Positions 9,459 to 18,225 of a stretch of 64,000 nucleotides of DNA are shown here, piece by piece. The translations under genes and the position numbers were made by a program. The DNA is taken from contig CACZFH010000002.1 in the NCBI GenBank assembly GCA_902780395.1, positions 22,335 through 86,334 of the forward strand, given 5' to 3'. The DNA is from an uncultured Erysipelotrichaceae bacterium. Its GTDB lineage: Bacteria; Bacillota_I; Bacilli_A; RF39; UBA660. Every line of letters starts with the position of its first letter. Position 1 is the stretch's first letter. The notes below the pieces were generated by a model. The model was not told the origin of the DNA, ran no database searches, and saw nothing but the letters and a program-made list of their open reading frames with translations.

Positions 9459-9535
<77 letters not shown>

Positions 9536-9541
9536 TTTTAT

Positions 9542-9618
9542 GCCTCAATAGCTCAGCTGGTTAGAGCACATGACTGTTAATCATGGGGTCCTAGGTTCAA
9601 GTCCTAGTTGGGGCGCCA
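9542..9618 (+). tRNA. tRNA-Asn (anticodon GUU)
   Basis: GCCTCAATAGCTCAGCTGGTTAGAGC..CATGA-CTGTTAA-TCATG..GGTTCAAGTCC..TTGGGGC-G-CCA. Confidence 0.9.
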
Positions 9619-9621
9619 TAT

Positions 9622-9698
9622 GGCGAGTTGGTGAAGTGGCTTAACACACTGCCCTTTCACGGCAGCATTCACGGATTCGAATTCCGTACTCGTCACCA
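9622..9698 (+). tRNA. tRNA-Glu (anticodon UUC); its 3' end is the prophage attachment site
   Basis: GGCGAGTTGGTGAAGTGG..CTGCC-CTTTCAC-GGCAG..ACGGATTCGAATTCCGT-ACTCGTC-A-CCA. Confidence 0.85.
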
Positions 9699-9699
9699 A
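9680..9699 (+). repeat. attL core (aattccgtactcgtcaccaa)
   Basis: Identical 20-mer at 47522-47541. Overlaps the T-arm, acceptor stem and CCA of tRNA-Glu. Confidence 0.9.
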
Positions 9700-9709
9700 T
9701 AGATTATTT

Positions 9710-9740
9710 ACCATTGTTTATCAATGGTTTTTCTTTTTTT
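9710..9740 (+). terminator. phage-borne terminator directly after the reconstituted tRNA-Glu
   Basis: Stem accattg / loop tttat / stem caatggt, followed by a T-rich run. Confidence 0.6.
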
Positions 9741-9762
9741 AAGTCTTATTTAAGTCTTATTT
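9741..9762 (+). repeat. tandem 11-bp repeat aagtcttattt x2 (candidate integrase arm-type sites)
   Basis: Direct tandem copies between attL and the int stop codon. The octamer aagtctta recurs at 47412-47419 near attR. Confidence 0.4.
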
Positions 9763-10926
9763 TTATAAATTATTTAATAAATCAATTACTTCATCTTGAA
9801 CCGTTGGGAATAGTACTAGATATACTTTTTGCATAATTTCAACTGTATGTCCTAATCTATTTCCTGTCATAACGAAGAATTTAAATGTATCTATTTTAGA
9901 TCTAGTTTCATTACATTTTTTTAGATATTCATTAACTAATAAACTAACGTGTGAATGTCTAAATTCATGTATTGTTATTTCTTGAATCTTATCTTTGTGT
10001 TCTTCATTATATTTTTTAAAATAATATTTTTTGTATCTATCTATAGTTGTCTGTGGTAGAAATCTCGTACAACCGAATAAAAACCAATTTTCATTATAAT
10101 CAGAGTATTTATTTTTTAAATATTCTAAATATTCATTAAGTTGATTTATTAATACATTACTCATTTTTACAACTCTATTTAATTTATTTTTAGTATTCGT
10201 GATTTTATAATTTTTATCTGTATGTACTGATAATGTTTTATCAACAATTATTTCATTCTTAGCAAAATCTATATCTTTTATTCTTAAGGCTTGAACTTCT
10301 CCTTTTCTCATACCAGTATAATATAAGAAAATGAAAAATGTTTTCCAGGTTATATCATCAATAACTGATATATATTTATTGAAGTCTTCATACGTTATAT
10401 ATCTTAATTTATTTTTATCTTTTACTACATCTTCGTTTTTTACCTGGAATCTTCCAAAAAGACTAACAGGATTAGATGTTAATCCATAATTTCTTATACC
10501 AAAATCAAATATTCCTTTTAATATTCCATAGAGTTTATTCTTATATTTAACTGATATGTTCTTTTTTGATACATATTCTGCCCAATCTCGCACGTTTTGT
10601 ACATTTACTGAATCAATATACATATTTTGGAAAAATGGCTCTATATGGCACTTATAGTCGTTTTTATAAGTATATACTGTTGACTCTTTTCTAGTTTCTG
10701 ATAACCATTTAAAGTAATCTTTAGCAACTAGTATGAAATATTTATGAATAGGGTTATCTCTTTTTAATATAAATAATGCTTCTTGTTCTTTAGCTTCTGT
10801 TTTAGTTTTATATTTATCTGAAGAGTATTGATGATTTTTACCAAATGGATCCTTTTTATATACTCTGAAATACCATGTTCTACCATCTTTGGTAGGAGTA
10901 CCTTTATAAACTGCTATTTTAATCAC
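9763..10926 (-). CDS. int: tyrosine-type phage integrase
   Basis: 387 aa. GMRKGE...(R), HEFRHSHVSLL (HxxR), GHTVEIMQKVYL (H...Y). GTG start with an agaagg RBS. Adjacent to attL. Confidence 0.9.
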   Translation of the reverse strand: MIKIAVYKGTPTKDGRTWYFRVYKKDPFGKNHQYSSDKYKTKTEAKEQEALFILKRDNPIHKYFILVAKDYFKWLSETRKESTVYTYKNDYKCHIEPFFQNMYIDSVNVQNVRDWAEYVSKKNISVKYKNKLYGILKGIFDFGIRNYGLTSNPVSLFGRFQVKNEDVVKDKNKLRYITYEDFNKYISVIDDITWKTFFIFLYYTGMRKGEVQALRIKDIDFAKNEIIVDKTLSVHTDKNYKITNTKNKLNRVVKMSNVLINQLNEYLEYLKNKYSDYNENWFLFGCTRFLPQTTIDRYKKYYFKKYNEEHKDKIQEITIHEFRHSHVSLLVNEYLKKCNETRSKIDTFKFFVMTGNRLGHTVEIMQKVYLVLFPTVQDEVIDLLNNL

Positions 10927-11044
10927 CTTCTTTCTTTACAATTAAAATGATTTATATTAAAATTAGAGTATAGAAAAACAAGTAAACTGTAGGGTTTATA
11001 TTTTCTATATTTTTGATCTCGTGTACCAGACGAGGTCTTTTTTT

Positions 11045-11290
11045 TTATTCTTCGCATTGTTCTTGAATGTTATTGAAAAATTCTTTTAAATCTAAACTGT
11101 TATTAAATCCTTTAGTATATTCATTAATATCAAACTTTTGGCTACATTTTTTATAAAATCTATTTACTGTTATAGTAATTTTTTCAGACTCTTGACCAGT
11201 ATAAAATATACCATATCTACTTATGAAAAATCCTACTATAAAGCATATTATACACAATATAGTTGTATTTGGTTTATATCCCATATTCAT
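11045..11290 (-). CDS. small membrane protein (candidate superinfection-exclusion factor)
   Basis: 81 aa with an N-terminal hydrophobic segment (TTILCIICFIVGFFI). Its start overlaps the repressor stop by 4 nt. It sits in the int-cI interval. Confidence 0.5.
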   Translation of the reverse strand: MNMGYKPNTTILCIICFIVGFFISRYGIFYTGQESEKITITVNRFYKKCSQKFDINEYTKGFNNSLDLKEFFNNIQEQCEE

Positions 11291-11937
11291 TCAATCTTTG
11301 TCCTCTTTTCTCTTGCTATTCCCACTACTTTGATAGGTAATTGTTCAACTTGTTCTTTTGTAAACATCATCATCTCATAATCATTATTATATGGGACTAA
11401 TACTATTCCTTGATCATTTATTAATATTTTCTTAAATGTTGATTCAGTTCCATTAATCATAACAGCAACATCTTTATTTTTATATTGTTCAATGTCTTCA
11501 GTTTGTTCAAAAATTACTATATCTTTATCCTGGTATTTAGGAAACATTGAATCACCACTAATTTTTAATCCATAGTATTTCTTTCCATTCTTAGCCCATG
11601 ATTTTGGTATATCTATATAGTCAATAATATCTGTTTGGCTTTCAATTGGTATTCCTGCTTTTATTGTCCCATAAACAGGTATCATTTCAATACTTAAATC
11701 ATTATCAACTAATTCTGCATTGTCAAACTTTATTTCAGGAAAAAAATAATTTATAGAAACTGAAAAGAAGTCTGCCAACTTATATAATATATTATGATTT
11801 GGTTCTAAAATTCCATTTTCATATCTTGAAATTGTTTGTGATGTAGTTTCTAGATATTCTCCTAATTCTTGTTGTGTTACATTTTTTTTCTGTCGTAATT
11901 CTTTTATCCGTTCCCCAACATATTTATTTATTTCCAT
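11287..11937 (-). CDS. cI/LexA-type phage repressor (XRE HTH + S24 peptidase domain)
   Basis: MEINKYVGERIKELRQKKNVTQQELGEYLETTSQTISRYENG (HTH), and ISGDSMFPKY...K (Ser/Lys dyad region). Start moved to the ATG at the complement of 11935-11937, which has an aaaggagagg RBS. Confidence 0.85.
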   Translation of the reverse strand: MEINKYVGERIKELRQKKNVTQQELGEYLETTSQTISRYENGILEPNHNILYKLADFFSVSINYFFPEIKFDNAELVDNDLSIEMIPVYGTIKAGIPIESQTDIIDYIDIPKSWAKNGKKYYGLKISGDSMFPKYQDKDIVIFEQTEDIEQYKNKDVAVMINGTESTFKKILINDQGIVLVPYNNDYEMMMFTKEQVEQLPIKVVGIAREKRTKIE

Positions 11938-11971
11938 AACCTCTCCTTTCACTAATAGTATAACACTTAAT

Positions 11972-12043
11972 TTACGAAAATGGAACAAAAAGTTAATAAA
12001 TTTACAAAAAAATATTGACATTGTACGAAAATGGTACTATATT
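11972..12043. promoter_or_regulatory. lysis/lysogeny switch region: two operator-like 15-mers and the rightward promoter
   Basis: ttacgaaaatggaac (11972-11986) and gtacgaaaatggtac (12023-12037). The second fills the exact 17-nt spacer between ttgaca (12015-12020) and tatatt (12038-12043). Confidence 0.6.
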
Positions 12044-12076
12044 TAAATTGTCAATAAGACAGAAAGGTGGTAAACA

Positions 12077-12304
12077 ATGCAAGAAAAACTTATCTTAGAA
12101 ATGAAAAGACTTCATATTACTAGTAAAGAATTAGCAAGTATTATTGGTATTTCTGAAAAACAATTTGGAAATAAGTTGAATGGAAAAGTTGATTTTAAAA
12201 GTTCAGAAATGTTTATTATTGCTGATTATTTGCATAAGAAAATTGATGATATTTTTTTACCTACAATGTACGAAAATCGTACAAAAAATGTGAGAGGTGA
12301 TTAA
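12077..12304 (+). CDS. Cro/XRE-type HTH regulator
   Basis: ITSKELASIIGISEKQFGNKLNG helix-turn-helix. Divergent from the repressor. RBS aaaggtgg. Confidence 0.75.
   Translation: MQEKLILEMKRLHITSKELASIIGISEKQFGNKLNGKVDFKSSEMFIIADYLHKKIDDIFLPTMYENRTKNVRGD
12268..12282. promoter_or_regulatory. third operator-like site gtacgaaaatcgtac
   Basis: Inverted 6-bp arms GTACGA/TCGTAC around AAA. Same family as the two sites in the switch region. It lies inside the 3' end of the cro-like gene. Confidence 0.45.
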
Positions 12305-12306
12305 AT

Positions 12307-12537
12307 ATGGCTGCTAGAGATAGTTTAGATCATAGAGAACCAAAAGAAATTCTTAAAACAGAATTATATTTAAATGCCTCTATGATAAAAAGAATTTTGA
12401 ATTGTTCTTATGAAAAAGCTTTGGGAGTTATTGATAAAGGATTACAAATAGAAAAAGATAAGAATTTATTTATTATTGAAAATCAAAGACCAAGAAAAAT
12501 AAGAACAGAAACTTTTAAAGAAATATTTAATATGTGA
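12307..12537 (+). CDS. small phage protein, possibly DNA-binding (DUF3173-like pattern; possible excisionase or regulator)
   Basis: ORF track plus RBS gagaggtga. Weak resemblance only. Confidence 0.4.
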   Translation: MAARDSLDHREPKEILKTELYLNASMIKRILNCSYEKALGVIDKGLQIEKDKNLFIIENQRPRKIRTETFKEIFNM

Positions 12538-12553
12538 AAGGTGGTGATGAAAA

Positions 12554-12793
12554 ATGAATAAAAAAGTAAAGAAAAAAATAAAGATTAATTTTTTTAACAT
12601 ATTTGTTTTAGCTAGTGTGATTCTTGCAGGATTTACTTTGTTACATGATTTACTTGTTTGGGGAATTATTCCTTTATTTACAGGTCAATTTTATTGTTTA
12701 ACATATTTTGGATTGTTTGTAGATTTTGCAGCAATATTCATATTAGAAGCTGGATATCAAGTAATGGAGGAGTGGTTTAATGAAAAAGAATAA
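12554..12793 (+). CDS. small membrane protein
   Basis: Two hydrophobic helices. RBS gaaaggtgg. Confidence 0.5.
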   Translation: MNKKVKKKIKINFFNIFVLASVILAGFTLLHDLLVWGIIPLFTGQFYCLTYFGLFVDFAAIFILEAGYQVMEEWFNEKE

Positions 12794-12894
12794 AAAGAAA
12801 AGAGAACTCAACGACCAAGTAAAAGCTCTCTTTGTCAAAACTGACAACCATAATATACCACAAAACCTTTATTTTATCAAGTATGAGGTAGATT

Positions 12895-13623
12895 ATGGCT
12901 GTTAAAAGAATGATGAATACTAATATTATTAACACAGACGAGTTCTTGAGTATGCCTATGTCAGCACGACTCTTATACTACGACTTTTGTATGAGAGGTG
13001 ATGATGATGGATTTATTGATTCACCTATGAAAATAATGAAGTTAAATGGCTGCTCAAATGATGATCTAAAAGTATTAGTAGCAAAAAACTATGTAATTCC
13101 ATGTGATAAAGGTATTTTTGTTATCACTCATTGGTTTATACATAACACTATACGAAGAGATAGGTACAATCCAACAATGTATGTTGAGGAAAGAAACAAG
13201 CTAAAAATAGTTGATAAAGTATATCAAAAAACTGATGATGAAGTAATTGGCAACCAACTGGCAACCAACTGGCAACCCAGTATAGAAAAGAATAGTAGTA
13301 ATAATAGTAATAATATAGAGACTATAGATGGTAAAATTGTTTTCGATTATTTACAAGAAGAATTTGGAAAGCTTTTAAGTCCTATGGAGATTGAAGTTGT
13401 TAGAACATGGGATTATGATGTTGAAATTATTAAACTTGCAATAAAAGAAGCAAGCACTAGTAATCAACGTTCAATAAAGTACATTGACAAAATTTTATAC
13501 AACTGGAAACAAGCTAACTTAAAAAATACAAAAGAAATAATAGACTATTGTGAAAGATTTAAAAACAAAAGAAAGAAAAGTCAGCTACGTAAAAGTAGTA
13601 CAGACTTATATCCTGAACTATGA
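12895..13623 (+). CDS. phage replisome organizer / DnaD-domain replication initiator
   Basis: N-terminal replisome-organizer-like segment (FLSMPMSARLLYYDFCMRGDDDGFI). C-terminal DnaD-like segment (LSPMEIEVVRTW...IKLAIKEA...SIKYIDKILYNWK). Confidence 0.75.
   Translation: MAVKRMMNTNIINTDEFLSMPMSARLLYYDFCMRGDDDGFIDSPMKIMKLNGCSNDDLKVLVAKNYVIPCDKGIFVITHWFIHNTIRRDRYNPTMYVEERNKLKIVDKVYQKTDDEVIGNQLATNWQPSIEKNSSNNSNNIETIDGKIVFDYLQEEFGKLLSPMEIEVVRTWDYDVEIIKLAIKEASTSNQRSIKYIDKILYNWKQANLKNTKEIIDYCERFKNKRKKSQLRKSSTDLYPEL
13249..13279 (+). repeat. 11-bp iterons ggcaaccaact x2.8 (candidate phage ori)
   Basis: Direct tandem copies inside the linker of the replication initiator gene. Confidence 0.55.
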
Positions 13624-14843
13624 ATTTTGAATTAGAAGAATATGTTATTGGAGCATTAATATTAAAACCTGAATTAGTTAAAAGTATTGTTATTCCTGAT
13701 AATTGTTTTTTAGATAAAACAAATAGATTTATGTTTAAGTTATTAAAAAAACAATTTGAAGAATATGGAACTATTGACATTAGTGGTTTACCAGTCAACT
13801 ATAAAACGTTCTTTACTGAAGAATATCCTATAAATGATATTCTCACTAAATTAACATTAGCATTAGAATCCGTTCCAACAACATCTAATTTTGATTATTA
13901 TCAAAAATCATTATTTTCACGATATGTTGAATTTCAAATACTTAATGCAATAAAAGAATTTAACGAAACAAAAATATCTAAAGAAGAATTATTTGATTTA
14001 ATTCATAAATTTGAATCATTAGCAATTGATACGCAGGACCATCATTATTCTTCAAAAGAAATATTTTCTCTTATTAATTCACAAAACAAAGGAATTAAAT
14101 TTAGATTTAACAAATTATCAGATGTAGCAAACATTCAAGAACATGATTTAGTGATTATTGCAGCTAGAACTGGAATAGGTAAATCAGGATTTTGTTTAAA
14201 TCTTTTAGAAGATATTTCAGATAGATATAATTGTATTTATTTCAATATGGAAATTGCTGAAAAACAATTGTATCAAAGATTAGTTTCAATTAATTCTAAA
14301 ATTCCAATGTCTCAAATGGACGATATTAAAACAGAACATCAAAAAAATGCTATTTTTGAAAGCTGTCAAAGAATATCTGAAAAGAAAATAAAAGTCTTTA
14401 ATCAAGCACAAACAGTATCAAATATTAGAAGAATAATAATCAATGAATCTAAATTAGAACATACAGTTGTCTTTATAGATCACGTTGGTTTAATTATTCC
14501 TCAGAAAAATACATCTATATACGAAAATATAACTGCTATTACTAAAGAACTTAGACAAATAAGTTTAAATTACAATTGCACGATTATATTAGTTAGTCAA
14601 TTGAATAGAAGTGCAGATGATGATTCAGTTCCAAAACTAAGTGAGTTAAAAGATTCAGGAGAACTTGAACAATCTGCAACTACAGTTATTATGTTACATG
14701 ATGAAAACTACGGAAATAATATTTCTCATAGCAAAATAGAATTATCATTTTTCGTAGCTAAAAATAGAAACGGTTCATTAGGTAAAACCAAATATTTATA
14801 TAACAAAGAAAATCAAAGATTTGATGAGATTGAAAAGAGGTAA
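13620..14843 (+). CDS. DnaB-like replicative helicase
   Basis: AARTGIGKSGFCLN Walker A, FIDHVGLI Walker B-like, and SQLNR...LKDSGELEQ motifs. Confidence 0.85.
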   Translation: MNFELEEYVIGALILKPELVKSIVIPDNCFLDKTNRFMFKLLKKQFEEYGTIDISGLPVNYKTFFTEEYPINDILTKLTLALESVPTTSNFDYYQKSLFSRYVEFQILNAIKEFNETKISKEELFDLIHKFESLAIDTQDHHYSSKEIFSLINSQNKGIKFRFNKLSDVANIQEHDLVIIAARTGIGKSGFCLNLLEDISDRYNCIYFNMEIAEKQLYQRLVSINSKIPMSQMDDIKTEHQKNAIFESCQRISEKKIKVFNQAQTVSNIRRIIINESKLEHTVVFIDHVGLIIPQKNTSIYENITAITKELRQISLNYNCTIILVSQLNRSADDDSVPKLSELKDSGELEQSATTVIMLHDENYGNNISHSKIELSFFVAKNRNGSLGKTKYLYNKENQRFDEIEKR

Positions 14844-14846
14844 AAA

Positions 14847-15047
14847 ATGATAAAAATTGATGAAGAAAAAATAAATAAATTACTAGAAAATATTGAAAAA
14901 TATAATATTCCAAGTAAATGGATAACACAAATTTGTAATGTTAAATGTATTACAGATATAACAGTTGTTCAATATAACATTTTATTAATGTTAATTCAAC
15001 ATTTACAAGAAAATTTAGAAGAAAGGATAAAAGTAGAAATACTTTAG
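14847..15047 (+). CDS. hypothetical phage protein
   Basis: ORF track; RBS aagaggt. Confidence 0.5.
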   Translation: MIKIDEEKINKLLENIEKYNIPSKWITQICNVKCITDITVVQYNILLMLIQHLQENLEERIKVEIL

Positions 15048-15055
15048 GATAATTT

Positions 15056-15544
15056 ATGAGAAAAGGATTATTTGGTAATTATGTAATTACAGAAGAAGAG
15101 AAAACAACATATGAGTCTTATGAAAAGTTAATAAGAGATAAAGAAAAAACTATAAAAGATAGAGAAAACGTTATTAAAAAACAAAATACTGAAATTAACA
15201 ATTTAGAGTCTTTAAAAGAAGGATTAGAAACTAAAATAACTAGTCTTACAAATGATATCAAAGCAGAATATGATATGAAACTTAAAGATAGAGACGCACA
15301 AATAGAAAAACTTACTAAAGAAAAAGCTTCATTTGCTGCAAGATGTGGTGGTTATCAAAAAGAGCAAAATAAAAATCATCAACAAATAGATTCTTTAAAA
15401 GCTGAATTAGATAAAGCATATGATAGAATAGAAAATTTTTCAAGACAATTTAAAACTGATCATGTTCAAATATCTCCAAGACAATATGATAAAAAGATTA
15501 CCACAGTTGCACAACACAAAAAGAAATTGAAGAGAGGAAAGTAA
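15056..15544 (+). CDS. coiled-coil hypothetical phage protein
   Basis: ORF track. Heptad-rich K/E sequence. Confidence 0.5.
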   Translation: MRKGLFGNYVITEEEKTTYESYEKLIRDKEKTIKDRENVIKKQNTEINNLESLKEGLETKITSLTNDIKAEYDMKLKDRDAQIEKLTKEKASFAARCGGYQKEQNKNHQQIDSLKAELDKAYDRIENFSRQFKTDHVQISPRQYDKKITTVAQHKKKLKRGK

Positions 15545-15691
15545 TATAAAAGAAAATATACCTTGAGCTGTTTATTTATTGGTAAAACCACTAAATCATC
15601 TCCTTTCTAAAATATCTTATATATAAAAACGTATCGAGTTTGGTGGTATATGAGTTAGGGTACGTTTTTTCTTTATAAAGAAGGAGGTTAT

Positions 15692-16552
15692 ATGGAAAGC
15701 AAAGAATTATTAATTGATAATTTAGATAGTTGGCTTGAATGTCAAAGACTTGATTCAGAACTTTCTGATCATACACTTAATACATATAGAAATTCAATTA
15801 ATAAATTTATAAATTATTTATCCACAAACAACTTAGATACATTTGATAAAGATATTCTTATTGGCTATAAAAAACATTTAGATTTAATTAGTAATTCTGT
15901 AAAGTCTAAAAATTTATGGATAATTTCATTAAATAAATATTTAAAGTCTTTAGGATTAAACAACTTATGTTTAAAACAAATAAAAGTACAATCTGAATTT
16001 ATTGTTCAAAGCAATCTATCTGTTTCAGATTATAATCGTTTGCTTAGATTCGCTCTTAAAGAAAATTTATTAACAGATTATCTAATTATTAAGACTTTGA
16101 CTATGACTGGAGTTCGTTTTTCTGAATTAAGATACTTTACTATTGATAATTTAAAACTAAAAAACAAAGGTGTAATTATCATTAAATCAAAAGGTAAAGT
16201 AAGAGATATAGAAGTTCCAACTTTACTAGCAAGAGAATTAAGACAATTTGCTAGAGAAAATAAAATTAAAGAAGGATATATCTTTACTCAGATAAAAGAT
16301 CCTTCTAAATTGTATTCAGCAAATACATTTTGGAAACATTTAAAAAAGTTAGCTGGTCTATCAAAAGTTGGAAAAGATAAATGTCATGCTCATAGTTTTA
16401 GACATCTGTTTGCAGTTGAGTTTTTAAAGACTCATAACAATGCACTGGCATTAGCTGCAATATTAGGCCATTCATCATTAAATACTACAAGAATATATAC
16501 AACATTAACTACAGATGAAAAAAGGTCGTTATTGGACGCAATGACCTTTTAA
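15692..16552 (+). CDS. second tyrosine recombinase (XerC/XerD-like)
   Basis: 286 aa. GVRFSELRYF (R), HSFRHLFAVEF (HxxR), GHSSLNTTRIYT (H...Y). RBS aaggagg. Confidence 0.85.
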   Translation: MESKELLIDNLDSWLECQRLDSELSDHTLNTYRNSINKFINYLSTNNLDTFDKDILIGYKKHLDLISNSVKSKNLWIISLNKYLKSLGLNNLCLKQIKVQSEFIVQSNLSVSDYNRLLRFALKENLLTDYLIIKTLTMTGVRFSELRYFTIDNLKLKNKGVIIIKSKGKVRDIEVPTLLARELRQFARENKIKEGYIFTQIKDPSKLYSANTFWKHLKKLAGLSKVGKDKCHAHSFRHLFAVEFLKTHNNALALAAILGHSSLNTTRIYTTLTTDEKRSLLDAMTF

Positions 16553-16734
16553 AATGTCCCGTTTTTTTGAAAAAAAACGTTAATAAAAAAAACAAAACTA
16601 TTTTAATAAAAAAATATTCATTTTAATTAGTAAAATCAATACGAAAAAAGTTTTTTCCACAGGAAATATAATTATTAGGTTATTTTTCCACACTTATTAC
16701 ACTGGGAGTGTAAAAATAGAAGGAGGTATAAATT

Positions 16735-16953
16735 ATGAGAAAATTTGCTTTAGTTTCATTAATAATTGCTGTGTGTTTAATAATTATTGGTTTGTTATTA
16801 CAAATACATGATATTAACAAGGATTATATGATTCTTCAGAATGAGAATGAATCTTTAAAGATTACAATTCTTCATCAAGGAGATGAAATAAATAGACTAA
16901 ACGAAGAAAATATTTATCTTTGGGAACATAATTATTGCAATGGCAAAAATTGA
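16735..16953 (+). CDS. small membrane / coiled-coil protein
   Basis: N-terminal TM segment (FALVSLIIAVCLIIIGLLL). RBS aaggagg. Confidence 0.5.
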   Translation: MRKFALVSLIIAVCLIIIGLLLQIHDINKDYMILQNENESLKITILHQGDEINRLNEENIYLWEHNYCNGKN

Positions 16954-17096
16954 TGTTATTTATGAAAAGGAAATATATTTAGATTCTTTGTTAATAGATA
17001 GGAAAGTAATACATTATCCATTTAAAAGATTAGGAATATATTTTCTTATTACAACTATTAAATATATTTGGAAAGGTTATAAGGTGATTGTTATAT

Positions 17097-17468
17097 ATGA
17101 AAAGAGATATTAAATTTAAAATTTTTGATAAAGAGACAAAAAAATGTACTTATGCTGATTTACTTGATATTTCTAATTTAGAGGATAATGAAGAAGATAT
17201 TTCCATATATGAAGCCTTGATAGACGCAACGAGTGAACATGAAAGATATGAAGTACTAGAATATACAGGTTTTAAAGCTAAAGGAGGACTAGAAATTTAT
17301 GAAGGTGATATTTTAAAGAGAGAAAATAATTTTTTTGGTAAAGAAATAGGAATAGTAATTTATGCTTCTGGCATACCTTGTTTACATACTAAAACTAATG
17401 TATTTCCGTTTAATTGTCTATACTTGTCTGATTGGTCTATCACAGGTTGTATTTATGCAGAAAAGTAA
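17097..17468 (+). CDS. YopX-like phage protein
   Basis: LEYTGFKAKGGLEIYEGDILK is the characteristic YopX core. Start set at the ATG 9 nt after RBS aaggtga. Confidence 0.65.
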   Translation: MKRDIKFKIFDKETKKCTYADLLDISNLEDNEEDISIYEALIDATSEHERYEVLEYTGFKAKGGLEIYEGDILKRENNFFGKEIGIVIYASGIPCLHTKTNVFPFNCLYLSDWSITGCIYAEK

Positions 17469-17802
17469 ATATAAAATCAAGAAGAATATAGATCTAAATA
17501 TTCTTCTTGAAAAATATGGATTTGAGTGGGGTGAAGATTATGAATATGAACTTTACCACATCAGAGATTTAAATGATGGTTCCTGGAGTTTATGTGTAGA
17601 TAAAGATACGAGAGAATTGTTTATTTATGCTTATCATTTCTTTAATGAAGAAACTAGTCTTGAAAATAAGATAATTAACTCTTATAAACTTATAAGGCAT
17701 TATGCTGCAGAACTATTTGAAGATAATCTAATTGAAGGTTATTTTGTTCCACCAAAAGGGCAATTATATTTTGATAATAAATTAAGAATTAGAAAGAGGT
17801 GA
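17455..17802 (+). CDS. hypothetical phage protein
   Basis: The internal ATG (MQKSKYKIKK...) avoids a 107-nt overlap with the YopX gene. Confidence 0.5.
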   Translation: MQKSKYKIKKNIDLNILLEKYGFEWGEDYEYELYHIRDLNDGSWSLCVDKDTRELFIYAYHFFNEETSLENKIINSYKLIRHYAAELFEDNLIEGYFVPPKGQLYFDNKLRIRKR

Positions 17803-17806
17803 TCTA

Positions 17807-18007
17807 ATGTTAAATAAATATCGAATTAAATTTATATATTCGATTGATGGAAGAAAAGCTCATAAACTTATTAGAGCTACATCTGAACAAGAAGCATTGA
17901 AAGAATTTGAAAAAGCATATGAAGGTTGGGTGGTTGAAGTTTATTCAATCGAGCTTATTGAAAAAAATGTAAAACCAACTAAGTATAAACATAGTGAGGT
18001 GAAATAA
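17807..18007 (+). CDS. hypothetical phage protein
   Basis: ORF track; RBS agaggtga. Confidence 0.5.
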   Translation: MLNKYRIKFIYSIDGRKAHKLIRATSEQEALKEFEKAYEGWVVEVYSIELIEKNVKPTKYKHSEVK

Positions 18008-18009
18008 TT

Positions 18010-18225
18010 ATGTTTGATAAAGACAAAGATAAAAAGGAAAAACTAGAAGAATTAATCAATCTTGCAAATACACCTGAAGAAGAACTTGAAAAGATGAATT
18101 ATAGAGATAAACAAAAAGTATATAAAGCAAAGAATAGATTATGTAAAAAGACCTGGGATTCATCAAAAGGAACATATAGGAGGAATAATCAATGGAAGAC
18201 AATGAAACCTATGAAGATAAAGTAG
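18010..18225 (+). CDS. hypothetical basic phage protein
   Basis: ORF track; RBS gaggtga. Confidence 0.5.
   Translation: MFDKDKDKKEKLEELINLANTPEEELEKMNYRDKQKVYKAKNRLCKKTWDSSKGTYRRNNQWKTMKPMKIK

Noticed and set aside
11938-12021. 28-aa N-terminal extension of the repressor ORF (track start at 12021).
   Set aside because: The extension is hydrophobic nonsense running through the divergent promoter/operator region. The internal ATG at the complement of 11935-11937 has a strong RBS and starts right at the HTH domain.
15545-16734. The second recombinase as part of a separate inserted mobile element within the prophage.
   Set aside because: I could not find flanking direct or inverted repeats, or a disrupted gene around it. 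The gene is packed co-directionally with the early operon.
17362-17454. Upstream start of the 146-aa ORF, overlapping the YopX-like gene.
   Set aside because: It would overlap the YopX gene by 107 nt with a hydrophobic nonsense leader. The internal ATG at 17455 gives normal gene packing.
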